A stretch of DNA of 64,000 nt, taken from contig CAXXFF010000003.1 in the NCBI GenBank assembly GCA_963676835.2, positions 608,001 to 672,000 of the forward strand, in the 5' to 3' direction. Source of the stretch: Marispirochaeta sp. (GTDB lineage: Bacteria; Spirochaetota; Spirochaetia; JC444; Marispirochaetaceae). Position 1 is the stretch's first letter. Every line of letters begins with the position of its first letter. Positions 9,574 through 18,102 of this stretch are shown one piece after another. The notes under the pieces are model-generated. The model did no database searches. It was not told the DNA's origin and saw nothing but the letters and a program-made list of their open reading frames with translations. A program made the position numbers and the translations under genes.

Positions 9574-10731
9574 TCAGCGGTAGCCGAATTTCTTCTCTGA
9601 CTCTGCAACTGCAGCCATCAGACCATCGATATACTTGGCATCAACCTTTCCACGGAGATACTCAAGAACTGGAGGCTGGGCTATATCTGCATACTGCTGT
9701 TTTTCTGCAACAGTGGGGGTATAGATCTGCATTCCGACTTCAGCCAGGTGGGCAAGACCGGTACTCTGGGAGTGGATGGTCTCAACAGCACGGTTTACAA
9801 CTGCAGCCTGATGGGCGGCAACCTGTACAATCTGCTGAAGGTCAGCGGGAAGGCTGTTAAGGAAATCAGAGTTCATAACAAAGTAGTCTTCACTCCAGAG
9901 GTGACCATCGAGGGTAATGTAATCCTGAACTTCATAGAGTGCATTGGTTGAAATAACGGAGATGGGGTTTTCCTGTCCGTCTACAACACCGGTCTGAAGA
10001 GAGGTATACAGCTCGCTCCATGCGATAGGCACCGCGTCGGCGCCGAAGGCTTTCATCATTTCAACAAAGATCGGAGAGGTCATTACACGGATACGCTCGC
10101 CTTTAAGGTCTGCAGGAGTCTTAATCTGCTTTTTTGAGTGGGTAAAATGACGGGTTCCGTTCTGGCCCATGGCAAGTACAGTCAGGCCGGTCTCTTTTTC
10201 GAAATCCGCACAGAAATCCTTCCAGAACTGGCTGTTGTCCAGAACATCCCAGGCAATCTCTTCAGATTTGAACAGGTAGGGAATGTAGAGAATTTCGAAG
10301 GGCGCAAAGAACTGACCCATGGTTCCGGTTCCAACCGCTGCTTCAAGAGCGCCGCTCTGAGCCATTTCACAGGTTGCCTTGTGGTCTCCCAGCTGTCCGT
10401 CGGGATAGACTTCTACATTAATCCTTCCGCCTGCACGGGCTTCTACAATATGCTCGAAGATATCACACAGAGCATATTCCTGTTCCCACTGAACTGTTGG
10501 AACAGCCTGGTACGAAGGCGCATTGATGGCGATACGGATAGTATACTCCGCGTCGGCAACTGCAGGATTTTCCTTCTTTTCAGGAGCCGGGGGAATAGGA
10601 TTTGTCACAGCGGCTTCTTTCTTCTCTGCTGCAGGTGCAGCGGAAGCAGTCTCCTTCTCAGAGCCACCACAGCCGACAAACACTACAAGTACTGCAAGAA
10701 TTAACAGGACGGCAAGTAATCTGGATCTCAT
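9574..10731 (-). CDS. dctP: TRAP substrate-binding lipoprotein
   Basis: Lipobox FVGC; YPDGQLG, LKGERIRV, ELYTSLQTGVVDGQENP; start ATG 10731 after AAGGAGG. Confidence 0.93.
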   Translation of the reverse strand: MRSRLLAVLLILAVLVVFVGCGGSEKETASAAPAAEKKEAAVTNPIPPAPEKKENPAVADAEYTIRIAINAPSYQAVPTVQWEQEYALCDIFEHIVEARAGGRINVEVYPDGQLGDHKATCEMAQSGALEAAVGTGTMGQFFAPFEILYIPYLFKSEEIAWDVLDNSQFWKDFCADFEKETGLTVLAMGQNGTRHFTHSKKQIKTPADLKGERIRVMTSPIFVEMMKAFGADAVPIAWSELYTSLQTGVVDGQENPISVISTNALYEVQDYITLDGHLWSEDYFVMNSDFLNSLPADLQQIVQVAAHQAAVVNRAVETIHSQSTGLAHLAEVGMQIYTPTVAEKQQYADIAQPPVLEYLRGKVDAKYIDGLMAAVAESEKKFGYR

Positions 10732-10805
10732 AAATTTCCTCCTTTCATGAGACACATTTTATTTCCCGGTCCGGAGGACCGGTATCAACTGTGACCGCTT
10801 AACGG

Positions 10806-11741
10806 TCACTGAATACCACGGTTCTTTTTAGCCTCCGCATAACGTGCATCCAGGGCTTTGAGATCGGCATAGAAAGCTTTTTCTTCATCTGCTGTCAGTT
10901 TGAGCTGGGGCGCCCGCATCTGATAGTCGCTTATGATTCCACGGTAAACCAGGGCAGCCTTGAAATAAGCCATATTTCCCCCGTTTCTTAGGACATTGGC
11001 ATAGTCATCGGCAAAGTGCTGATGAAAAAGGGCAAGCTCCCAGTCGTTGGCTTTTATTGCCTCATACATATCAACGTAGGGTTCGGGATAAGCTGAAGAA
11101 CAGCCGGAAACGGTACCGTCGGCACCAAGGGACATAATCGCCGGCAGCAGGGCATCTGAACCGTGCATAACCGAAAAGTCCCCTCCCCGCACGCGGGTAT
11201 ACTCAGCGGTGCGGCGGAAGTCGGCCCAGCTGTACTTGATGCCCACAATGTTTTTCCGGGCCCGGGCTATCTCCTCCACAATTGCCGTGGGCAGGTCGTT
11301 CACGGCCAGCTGGGGAATGCCGTAGAGGTATACCGGATACCCTGAAGGTACCGCATCGGCCAGAGCCAGGTAGAACTCTTTGATTTCCCTGGGATTTGCT
11401 CCAAAATAGGCGGGTGTTACTGCACCGATTCCATCGGCGCCGGCAGATGCTGCATGCTGTGCAAGCTCAATAACATCTTCCTGCTTCATTGCTCCCACAT
11501 GGATATAGACCGGGAGCCGGTCTTTCGCGGTTGAGATTACAGTCTCTGCAATCTTTTTCCGTTCTTCCACACTGAGGCGATACATCTCACCGGTTGTGCC
11601 GAGGGGGTACAGAGAGTGGACCCCTTTTTCGATAAGAAAGTCTGTAAATTTTCTGGTTGATTCAAGATCGATGCTGCTGTCTGCCTTGAAGAGGCTGACC
11701 ATTGCTGTTGTTATTCCATATAACAGTTTGGTGTTTCCCAC
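10806..11741 (-). CDS. DHDPS/NanA-family lyase (pyruvate-dependent class I aldolase)
   Basis: GTTGE, YLYGIP, Schiff-base Lys in GIKYS. Confidence 0.9.
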   Translation of the reverse strand: MGNTKLLYGITTAMVSLFKADSSIDLESTRKFTDFLIEKGVHSLYPLGTTGEMYRLSVEERKKIAETVISTAKDRLPVYIHVGAMKQEDVIELAQHAASAGADGIGAVTPAYFGANPREIKEFYLALADAVPSGYPVYLYGIPQLAVNDLPTAIVEEIARARKNIVGIKYSWADFRRTAEYTRVRGGDFSVMHGSDALLPAIMSLGADGTVSGCSSAYPEPYVDMYEAIKANDWELALFHQHFADDYANVLRNGGNMAYFKAALVYRGIISDYQMRAPQLKLTADEEKAFYADLKALDARYAEAKKNRGIQ

Positions 11742-11804
11742 GATGCTTTCCTTTTCTTAAAAGCTGTCTGCCGCCGGATTTCTCCGGCAGCAGCAAGTGT
11801 GAGA

Positions 11805-11833
11805 ATTTTAACCCGGCTTATGTCATATGTCAA
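11805..11833 (-). promoter_or_regulatory. Promoter of the lyase-TRAP-dhaKL operon with overlapping near-palindrome TGACATATGACA
   Basis: TTGACA-N17-TAAAAT. Confidence 0.65.
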
Positions 11834-11850
11834 CTTTTCTCTTTGCTATT

Positions 11851-12939
11851 TTATTGAGGATCATCGGGAAGGGAAAGCATGAAGGTTCTCAGATATTCAA
11901 GAAAAGCATCATAACCCTGGAAGAATTCCCGCATGGTTCGATGAAAGGCGCCGTAGTCGTTAAACTCCCCGGGAGTCATCCCGTCTTCGTGATAAATCTT
12001 CGCATATTCCGGCAGATTGCTGAGAAGTTCATTGATAACCGTCTCCGGCACCGGCTGGTCCATCCGGTCTTCTACCGGTACTGAACATCCTTCAAGGCGT
12101 CTCCACCAGACAGGATTAACCGTAAGGATAAGATCACCCCCGAGGAAATGAGACCAGAGCCAGTGGCTGTGGTTCAGCGCACCGAGGATACGCAGCCGGT
12201 AACCGCGTTCACGGAAAAGGGTATAGGCTTTTTTCATAATAGCTACACCTGCGAGTTCCACAGAATCGGGAGCCACCGGCAGGTTATCCCTCGCAACAAG
12301 GGCGGTCATATAATCATTTATCCGTCCCACCATTATGGTACAGCTTGGGTTGAGTGAGCTGATATCAAGGCCCTCTTTTTCCCGCCGCTTCAAGCCCCGC
12401 TCTACCGCCTCGGCAACTGCTACAGCCTGAGGAATTCCGAAGCAGACGGTTCCGTTGACGCTTACACCGTGATAAATGCACTCTTCTATTGCAGCCACTG
12501 CCGCAGTGGAGACCGGCATCTTTATAAGGATGTTTTCATTCAGTGACGAGAGCGCCCGGGCATGGGCTACTGTTTTTGCCGTACTGCGGTAATATCGCGG
12601 GTTAACCTGCAGCGCCTGCCAGCCCCTGCTGCCTTTTGTTTCCCGGAACATGGGCATAAACATTTCCGAACTGGCTTTTCCCGCCTCTTCCGTAAGTTTC
12701 CAGCAGAGCTCCTCGTCGGAAGCTTCGGGAATTTCTTTTTCCAGAAGAGAGTCAATGCGTCCCCGCCAGTTCTGCATCTCATCCTTAAGGATTCTTCCAA
12801 CTATCACCGGGTTGGATGTGGCCCCGACGGCTCCCCGTTTCATGGCAAATTCCACTTCTGCGGCACCGCAGGAATCGTTCCAGAGCTCGGTCTGGGGAAA
12901 ACGAACAGCAGCTTCATGGAGAGGACTCAAATATTGCAT
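11851..12939 (-). CDS. Transaldolase-family protein (long form, Gln at the acid/base position)
   Basis: WNDS, GATSNP, LQVNP, IKMP (Schiff-base Lys), NGT, VGR. Confidence 0.85.
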   Translation of the reverse strand: MQYLSPLHEAAVRFPQTELWNDSCGAAEVEFAMKRGAVGATSNPVIVGRILKDEMQNWRGRIDSLLEKEIPEASDEELCWKLTEEAGKASSEMFMPMFRETKGSRGWQALQVNPRYYRSTAKTVAHARALSSLNENILIKMPVSTAAVAAIEECIYHGVSVNGTVCFGIPQAVAVAEAVERGLKRREKEGLDISSLNPSCTIMVGRINDYMTALVARDNLPVAPDSVELAGVAIMKKAYTLFRERGYRLRILGALNHSHWLWSHFLGGDLILTVNPVWWRRLEGCSVPVEDRMDQPVPETVINELLSNLPEYAKIYHEDGMTPGEFNDYGAFHRTMREFFQGYDAFLEYLRTFMLSLPDDPQ

Positions 12940-12959
12940 GTCTGACTAACCACCTTTTT

Positions 12960-12976
12960 GGTCTAATAATTAATAC
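12960..12976. promoter_or_regulatory. Operator copy 2 (GGTCTAATAATTAATAC)
   Basis: Between TTGCGC-N17-CATAAT (minus) and the transaldolase start. Confidence 0.65.
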
Positions 12977-13117
12977 AATTAAGATGTTCAGTAATATTAT
13001 GCCAGCACTTTTTCCACCGCGCAAGAAAAACTGTTCTGTTTCTGCTATAGCCTTTCAATTATCCTGCAAATCTTATAAAAGTATGGGTATTATCTATTGG
13101 TCCGAGGAGATTCATAC

Positions 13118-13822
13118 ATGCCGAGAAAGCGCCCCAAGGTATATGAGGAGGTTATTTCTACTCTTGAAGAGATTATCGACAAAGATAATCTTACCGCAGG
13201 AGACCGCCTCCCCTCGGAATCGGAACTGGCAGAGATGATGGAGGTTGGGACAAGGTCCATCAGAGAAGCCTACGCAACCCTCCGTACCATGGGAATAGTG
13301 GAAGTCCAGCATGGCAAGGGAATTTTTCTTGCCGAAAACAGTATGGATCACTTCCTGGAATCACTGGCTACATCCATTAAATTCACTTTTTCCGACACGC
13401 GGAGCCTTCTTCTTGAGTTAACCGATGTCCGTCTTCTTATTGAAACAGGCATTATCCATGATTTCGCCCTGGAACGGACCGAAGAGGACGTTGAAAATCT
13501 CCGTAAAATCACCGCGGACATGCAGACATTTAATGCGGAGAAGGATCTGATTAATTTCAACCTGAAGGATCTGGAGTTTCATGCCTATCTGGTGCAGAGC
13601 TTTCCCAACCGGATCATTAAATCACTGTACATTCACCTTCAGCGGCTGCTCAGGCAGAGTATACAGCTTACCCAGTATTACGGAGGGGAAGAATCTCTCT
13701 GTCTGGATCAGCATCAGGAAATGCTTGAATTAATTGCCGCGGGAGACGGTGACGGTGCGCGGAGAGTTCTTTCCGAGCACCTGCAGCGAACCCGGAAAAC
13801 CGTAGAATCCCTGCAGATTTAG
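13118..13822 (+). CDS. GntR/FadR-family transcriptional regulator
   Basis: GDRLPSESELA...IREA HTH plus FCD domain; ATG 13118 after GAGGAG. Confidence 0.92.
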   Translation: MPRKRPKVYEEVISTLEEIIDKDNLTAGDRLPSESELAEMMEVGTRSIREAYATLRTMGIVEVQHGKGIFLAENSMDHFLESLATSIKFTFSDTRSLLLELTDVRLLIETGIIHDFALERTEEDVENLRKITADMQTFNAEKDLINFNLKDLEFHAYLVQSFPNRIIKSLYIHLQRLLRQSIQLTQYYGGEESLCLDQHQEMLELIAAGDGDGARRVLSEHLQRTRKTVESLQI

Positions 13823-13842
13823 CCGGTAAGAATAATCCTGTT

Positions 13843-14559
13843 TCAGCTGCCGGTGCTGATATTATATGCCTTGATAAGGTGTTCCCGCATAAGGGTTTCC
13901 GCGAGATCAGGCTTCTGATCCCGGATGGCGTCAGCCACGGTGCGGTGATCTATCAGGGCTTCTTCCGGGACACCGCCTCTGGAAAGGGTTATCTCCCGGG
14001 TATTTTCAATCAGATCTTCAACAAGCTGGGAAAGACCGAAAAGAAAATCATTCTCTGAAGCCCGTGCAATAGCCAGGTGATAGGCATGATCACCAGCCAT
14101 ACCTATACCTCCGGAACCGAGGTCCTTCTCCATATCATCCAGGGCTTTGTAGATCTCTTTCAGATCATCTTCAGTACGGCGCTCAGCCGCCAGAGCCGCG
14201 GATTTTGTCTCAAGAATTAAACGGACTTCAATTATATCACTGACCATCTGGTTGGTACGGCGAAACAGGGTCTGCACCACATTAAGGGCGTGATTAAGAG
14301 AAACCTCGCGGATAAATGTTCCGCCCGAAACCCCTACCCGGGTTTCAACTTCTCCCATAAGCTCCAGGGCACGGATTGCCTCGCGCACCGAGGTTCTGCT
14401 GACTCCAAGCTGCTCAGCAAGCTCCCTCTCGGGAGGGAGCTGATCGCCGGGATTGAGAGTCCCGGCATCTATAAGGCTTCGAATCATCTCTGCGACGTCT
14501 TCAAAGACCTTCTTTTTTTTAAGTTTACCGAAAAGATTGTCCTGTTTGTTTGTCATCAT
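13843..14559 (-). CDS. GntR/FadR-family transcriptional regulator
   Basis: GDQLPPERELAEQLGVSRTSVREA HTH plus FCD domain; exact start uncertain. Confidence 0.92.
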   Translation of the reverse strand: MMTNKQDNLFGKLKKKKVFEDVAEMIRSLIDAGTLNPGDQLPPERELAEQLGVSRTSVREAIRALELMGEVETRVGVSGGTFIREVSLNHALNVVQTLFRRTNQMVSDIIEVRLILETKSAALAAERRTEDDLKEIYKALDDMEKDLGSGGIGMAGDHAYHLAIARASENDFLFGLSQLVEDLIENTREITLSRGGVPEEALIDHRTVADAIRDQKPDLAETLMREHLIKAYNISTGS

Positions 14560-14614
14560 ACCACCGGGCAAAAACTTACCACATCAACGGCAAAGATGAC
14601 AAGAAAGGAAATCA

Positions 14615-15283
14615 TCAGCCGGTGATCCAGTTCTTATCACCAAAAGCTTTTTTCCAGGAGCCTTCGAACTTCGCCCAGCGGTCGATAGTATAGGCATTGG
14701 CAAAAAAGAGCTTCCAGAGACCATAGGAACAGGTCATTTCGTCTGCACCCATACGGAAACCGTCTACAATCTGCTGAAGAGACCGCGCGGCACTCATGAC
14801 TTTAGTATCGATTCCTCCGGCCATGTATGCCTCGGTAACACCCTGCATAAGATCGTTGGTAGACCGTTCATCAGCTTCACCAAGAAGTCCAAGGAAGATT
14901 GCAGCATGATCAGCACCGGCTTTGGCAACCACAAGGGCTTCCATGGTGGTGTGGATAGCTGTTGCACAGATTTCGATGTCCGTGGTTTCCTTTATTTTCT
15001 GAATAGCCTTGATGCCTTCAATACTGGTCTGAACCTTAACAACCACCTTGTCGCCCAGGGAGTTGATGATTTTTGCCTCTTCCACCATGGTCTTTGCATC
15101 GGGTGCACTGACCTGTGAAAAAACTTTACATGATACAGTCTTACAGATATCGGTGAAGGTTTTCTTGAAATCACCGCCGACGGCTGCCATCATGCTGGGA
15201 TTCATGGTTACTCCGTCAAGGATTCCCCACTCATTGATCTCCTTGATTTCATCAAGAACACAGGAGTTAAGATAAAATTCCAT
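14615..15283 (-). CDS. Divergent transaldolase/fructose-6-phosphate aldolase (FSA)-family protein
   Basis: 222 aa; GVTMNPS, VVVKV (Schiff-base Lys), AKAGA, GADEMT. Confidence 0.85.
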   Translation of the reverse strand: MEFYLNSCVLDEIKEINEWGILDGVTMNPSMMAAVGGDFKKTFTDICKTVSCKVFSQVSAPDAKTMVEEAKIINSLGDKVVVKVQTSIEGIKAIQKIKETTDIEICATAIHTTMEALVVAKAGADHAAIFLGLLGEADERSTNDLMQGVTEAYMAGGIDTKVMSAARSLQQIVDGFRMGADEMTCSYGLWKLFFANAYTIDRWAKFEGSWKKAFGDKNWITG

Positions 15284-15341
15284 TGCTGATTCCTCCAGCT
15301 GTTACTACAGATATTACCCCGCCGCATCGCTGCAGCGTATT

Positions 15342-15358
15342 GGTCTAATAATTAGACG
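15342..15358. promoter_or_regulatory. Operator copy 3 (GGTCTAATAATTAGACG)
   Basis: Perfect 7-1-7 palindrome GTCTAAT-A-ATTAGAC directly after TTGACT-N17-TATAAC (minus). Confidence 0.8.
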
Positions 15359-15398
15359 TTATACCATGAATCATGACTGCAGTCAAAGCCCAAATACC

Positions 15399-15426
15399 GA
15401 TAAAGCCGCAAAAATGCGGCTTTATC
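15399..15426 (-). terminator. Hairpin/terminator after the SBP gene
   Basis: 12-bp perfect stem GATAAAGCCGCA/TGCGGCTTTATC. Confidence 0.65.
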
Positions 15427-15447
15427 TTACTGTTCAAGCTGAAAATA

Positions 15448-16518
15448 TCAGGGAAGCGGATCTGCAGGAGCAGGTTTGCCTGCCTTTGCACTTGCAATCA
15501 GCTCCTGTACCCAATCCTGGGGATAGGATAGGTCAGCAAGGCCGCCCTTTTGGGTATGCTCAAGAAAATAGTCCAGCTGTTCTTCCCCGAAGACCATGGG
15601 ACTCATGTGGATCTCTTTGGGAACTTCTTCGCCGTTGAGAATCTCAAGGGCAGTCCAGAATGCGGTACTGACGGAACCGGGAACAATGCTTACCGACATG
15701 GAAGGATAGCTTCCGCCGTTCTTTTCCTGCATCTCTTTCCAGATTACCAGCTCATCATAGCGGTGACCGAAAATCTGCAGAGGCGCAGGACGTCCGGCAT
15801 TCTCAAAGGCCTTGAGGCTTCCATAGCCGTCACCGCCCTGGGCCACAACCGCCTTGATTTCGGGCAGAGAAGGAAGAATTCCGGCGACCTCTTTCTGGGC
15901 TACCGACTGGGTCCAGTTTCCGTATACTTCACCCACGACGCTCAGGTTGCTGTATTTATCTGCTGTTTCAACAATAGCTTTATGGATTTCATCATCTGCA
16001 AAGGTTCCGGCCATTCCGCGGATTTCGAGAATATTTACCGGCTGAGATGGAAATGCCTTGTGGAGGTGCTCAACCTCTGCTTCTCCCATATCGTAAAAAT
16101 CTGTAATCAGCTTCCAGGCTGAAGGATCTGTTACGGTCTGATCAAAACAAACCACAGGGATTCCGGCTTCAACAGCTTTTGCAACCGCACCGTTAAGGGC
16201 AGTCGGGGATGCCGCATCCAGTACAATAGCATCATAGCCTTCGAGAACCAGATTCTGCAGTAGAGCAGCCTGCTCGGCGGCACTGGATTCATTGGTGGTA
16301 AATGCGGGACCTTCGGCAATAAGACCATCGGCCTTGGCCTGTTCTACAACGGCTTCCCAGTTTTTAATCATCTGCTGCCGCCAGGAGTTTCCCGCATAGT
16401 TGTTACACAGGGCAATCCGCCACTCTCCGCTTTTCTTTTCTCCCTGACCACCTGCGAACAGGGTAACCATTGCCAGGAGAGATACAAGAATCAGACTTAC
16501 AACTCTTCTCATACACAT
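15448..16518 (-). CDS. Sugar ABC-type substrate-binding protein (no adjacent permease)
   Basis: Signal peptide ending LFAGGQGE; ALCNNYAGNSWRQQM; RbsB-like. Confidence 0.88.
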   Translation of the reverse strand: MCMRRVVSLILVSLLAMVTLFAGGQGEKKSGEWRIALCNNYAGNSWRQQMIKNWEAVVEQAKADGLIAEGPAFTTNESSAAEQAALLQNLVLEGYDAIVLDAASPTALNGAVAKAVEAGIPVVCFDQTVTDPSAWKLITDFYDMGEAEVEHLHKAFPSQPVNILEIRGMAGTFADDEIHKAIVETADKYSNLSVVGEVYGNWTQSVAQKEVAGILPSLPEIKAVVAQGGDGYGSLKAFENAGRPAPLQIFGHRYDELVIWKEMQEKNGGSYPSMSVSIVPGSVSTAFWTALEILNGEEVPKEIHMSPMVFGEEQLDYFLEHTQKGGLADLSYPQDWVQELIASAKAGKPAPADPLP

Positions 16519-16584
16519 TACCTTCCTTATTTTGGTAATTTTCCGGAAACATCCTCCTTGTTCCGGATATCCATCAATCTTTAT

Positions 16585-16601
16585 GGATTAATTGATAGAC
16601 C
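16585..16601. promoter_or_regulatory. Operator copy 4 (GGATTAATTGATAGACC)
   Basis: 5 nt downstream of TTGACG-N18-TACAAT (minus). Confidence 0.55.
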
Positions 16602-16659
16602 TTTGAATTGTATGGTCCAAAAATCTGAGCCGTCAAGGATTTTTATTTTTAAGAACTCT

Positions 16660-16709
16660 TTGACAGAGACCGAGGTAAATGATATTGTTTTAGGGCTAAT
16701 TATTAGACC
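16660..16709 (+). promoter_or_regulatory. Promoter TTGACA-N17-TATTGT plus operator copy 5 (GGGCTAATTATTAGACC, 16693-16709)
   Basis: Operator overlaps the predicted TSS of the ALDH-sucCD operon. Confidence 0.75.
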
Positions 16710-16740
16710 TTTATTGCGACGCATAGAATATGGAGGAAAT

Positions 16741-18096
16741 ATGAGCGCAGATATACAGGAACTGGTAGCCCGGTCCCGGAAAGCACTTACAGAGATTGAA
16801 AACTACAGCCAGGAGCAGGTTGATGCACTGGTAAAGATTATAGGCAAAGTAGTTTATGACAATGCTGAAATGTTTGCCCGCATGGCAGTTGAAGAATCCA
16901 AAATGGGTAATTTTGATGACAAACTGAAGAAAAAGCTTGGTAAATCAAAGATTCTCTGGCACAGCCTGAAGGGCAAAAAAAGTATCGGTATCCTTTCACG
17001 GGATCCTGAAACAGGTATTACCGAGATTGCAAAACCTGTGGGTGTCGTGGGTGCCGTTCAGCCCTGTACCAACCCTATTGTTACCCCCATGGCCAATGCG
17101 ATGGCAGCAATAAAGGGACGTAACACCATTATCGTAACTCCTCACCCCCGTACCGCCAACTGTACCAAGGTATTTATCGATATGGTAAAGGAAGCCTGGG
17201 CGCATCTGAATCCGCCGAATGATATTTTCCTGTGTGTGGAGAATCCCACCATCGAATCCACCACGGAGCTTATGAAGAGCGTGGATGTGGTTGTGGCAAC
17301 CGGCGGTCCCGGAATGGTTAAATCAGCCTATTCCAGCGGCAAGCCCTCCTTCGGTGTAGGTCCCGGAAACGTTCAGTGTCTTCTCGATGAGGGCATTGAC
17401 CTGAAAAAGGCCATCGACATGATTGTTACCGGACGTACCTTTGATAACGGCATTATCTGCTCCGGCGAGCAGACCATTATTATGCCCTCCTCCATGAAGG
17501 AAGCAGTTGAAGCTGAGCTGAAAGCCCGGGGAGTATATGTTGCCAGTGCAGAAGAAGCGGAAGCTCTGAAGAACACCTGCTATCCCGAAGGAAGAATAAG
17601 CAAGGATATGGTCGGCCAGTCTGTTCAGACCATGACCAAAGCAGCAGGCCTCTCCGTTCCCGAAGACTGCCCCCTGGTTTCTGTATGGGTGGATAAGAAC
17701 GACCGGGACAGCGTCTTAAGGAAAGAGAAGATGTTCCCCCTGAATGTACTGCTTACCTATGATTCCTTCGACGAGGCTGTTGAAATTGCCAACCACAACC
17801 TCTCCATGGAAGGCAAGGGACACTCCGTAAGTATCCACTCCCACAACCAGGAGCATATTGAACAGTTAGGTACAGCAGCCAAGGTAAGCCGGGTTATTGT
17901 CAATGCAATCTGTTCCACTACTTCCGGCGGAAGCTTTACCAACGGGCTCAACCCCACCAGTACCCTGGGATGCGGAAGCTGGGGAAACAACAGTATCTCC
18001 GAGAACTTCTACTACCGGCACCTGCTGAATATAACCCGTATAGCCCTTCCCCTGGAAAACAAGAAAGTTCCTACAGACGAAGAGATCTGGGGGTAA
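16741..18096 (+). CDS. CoA-acylating aldehyde dehydrogenase (clostridial succinate-semialdehyde / sulfoacetaldehyde dehydrogenase-like)
   Basis: PCTNP, ATGGPGMV, GVGPGN, FDNGIICSGEQ (catalytic Cys), EKMFP, LGCGSWG; ATG 16741 after GGAGG. Confidence 0.9.
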   Translation: MSADIQELVARSRKALTEIENYSQEQVDALVKIIGKVVYDNAEMFARMAVEESKMGNFDDKLKKKLGKSKILWHSLKGKKSIGILSRDPETGITEIAKPVGVVGAVQPCTNPIVTPMANAMAAIKGRNTIIVTPHPRTANCTKVFIDMVKEAWAHLNPPNDIFLCVENPTIESTTELMKSVDVVVATGGPGMVKSAYSSGKPSFGVGPGNVQCLLDEGIDLKKAIDMIVTGRTFDNGIICSGEQTIIMPSSMKEAVEAELKARGVYVASAEEAEALKNTCYPEGRISKDMVGQSVQTMTKAAGLSVPEDCPLVSVWVDKNDRDSVLRKEKMFPLNVLLTYDSFDEAVEIANHNLSMEGKGHSVSIHSHNQEHIEQLGTAAKVSRVIVNAICSTTSGGSFTNGLNPTSTLGCGSWGNNSISENFYYRHLLNITRIALPLENKKVPTDEEIWG

Positions 18097-18102
18097 TTTT
18101 TA

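Noticed and set aside
9449..10807. Intergenic hairpins flanking dctP (about 9523-9549, 10766-10782, 10791-10809) as a riboswitch or sRNA
   Set aside because: Simple GC stems typical of mRNA stabilisers around SBP genes; no known aptamer motif
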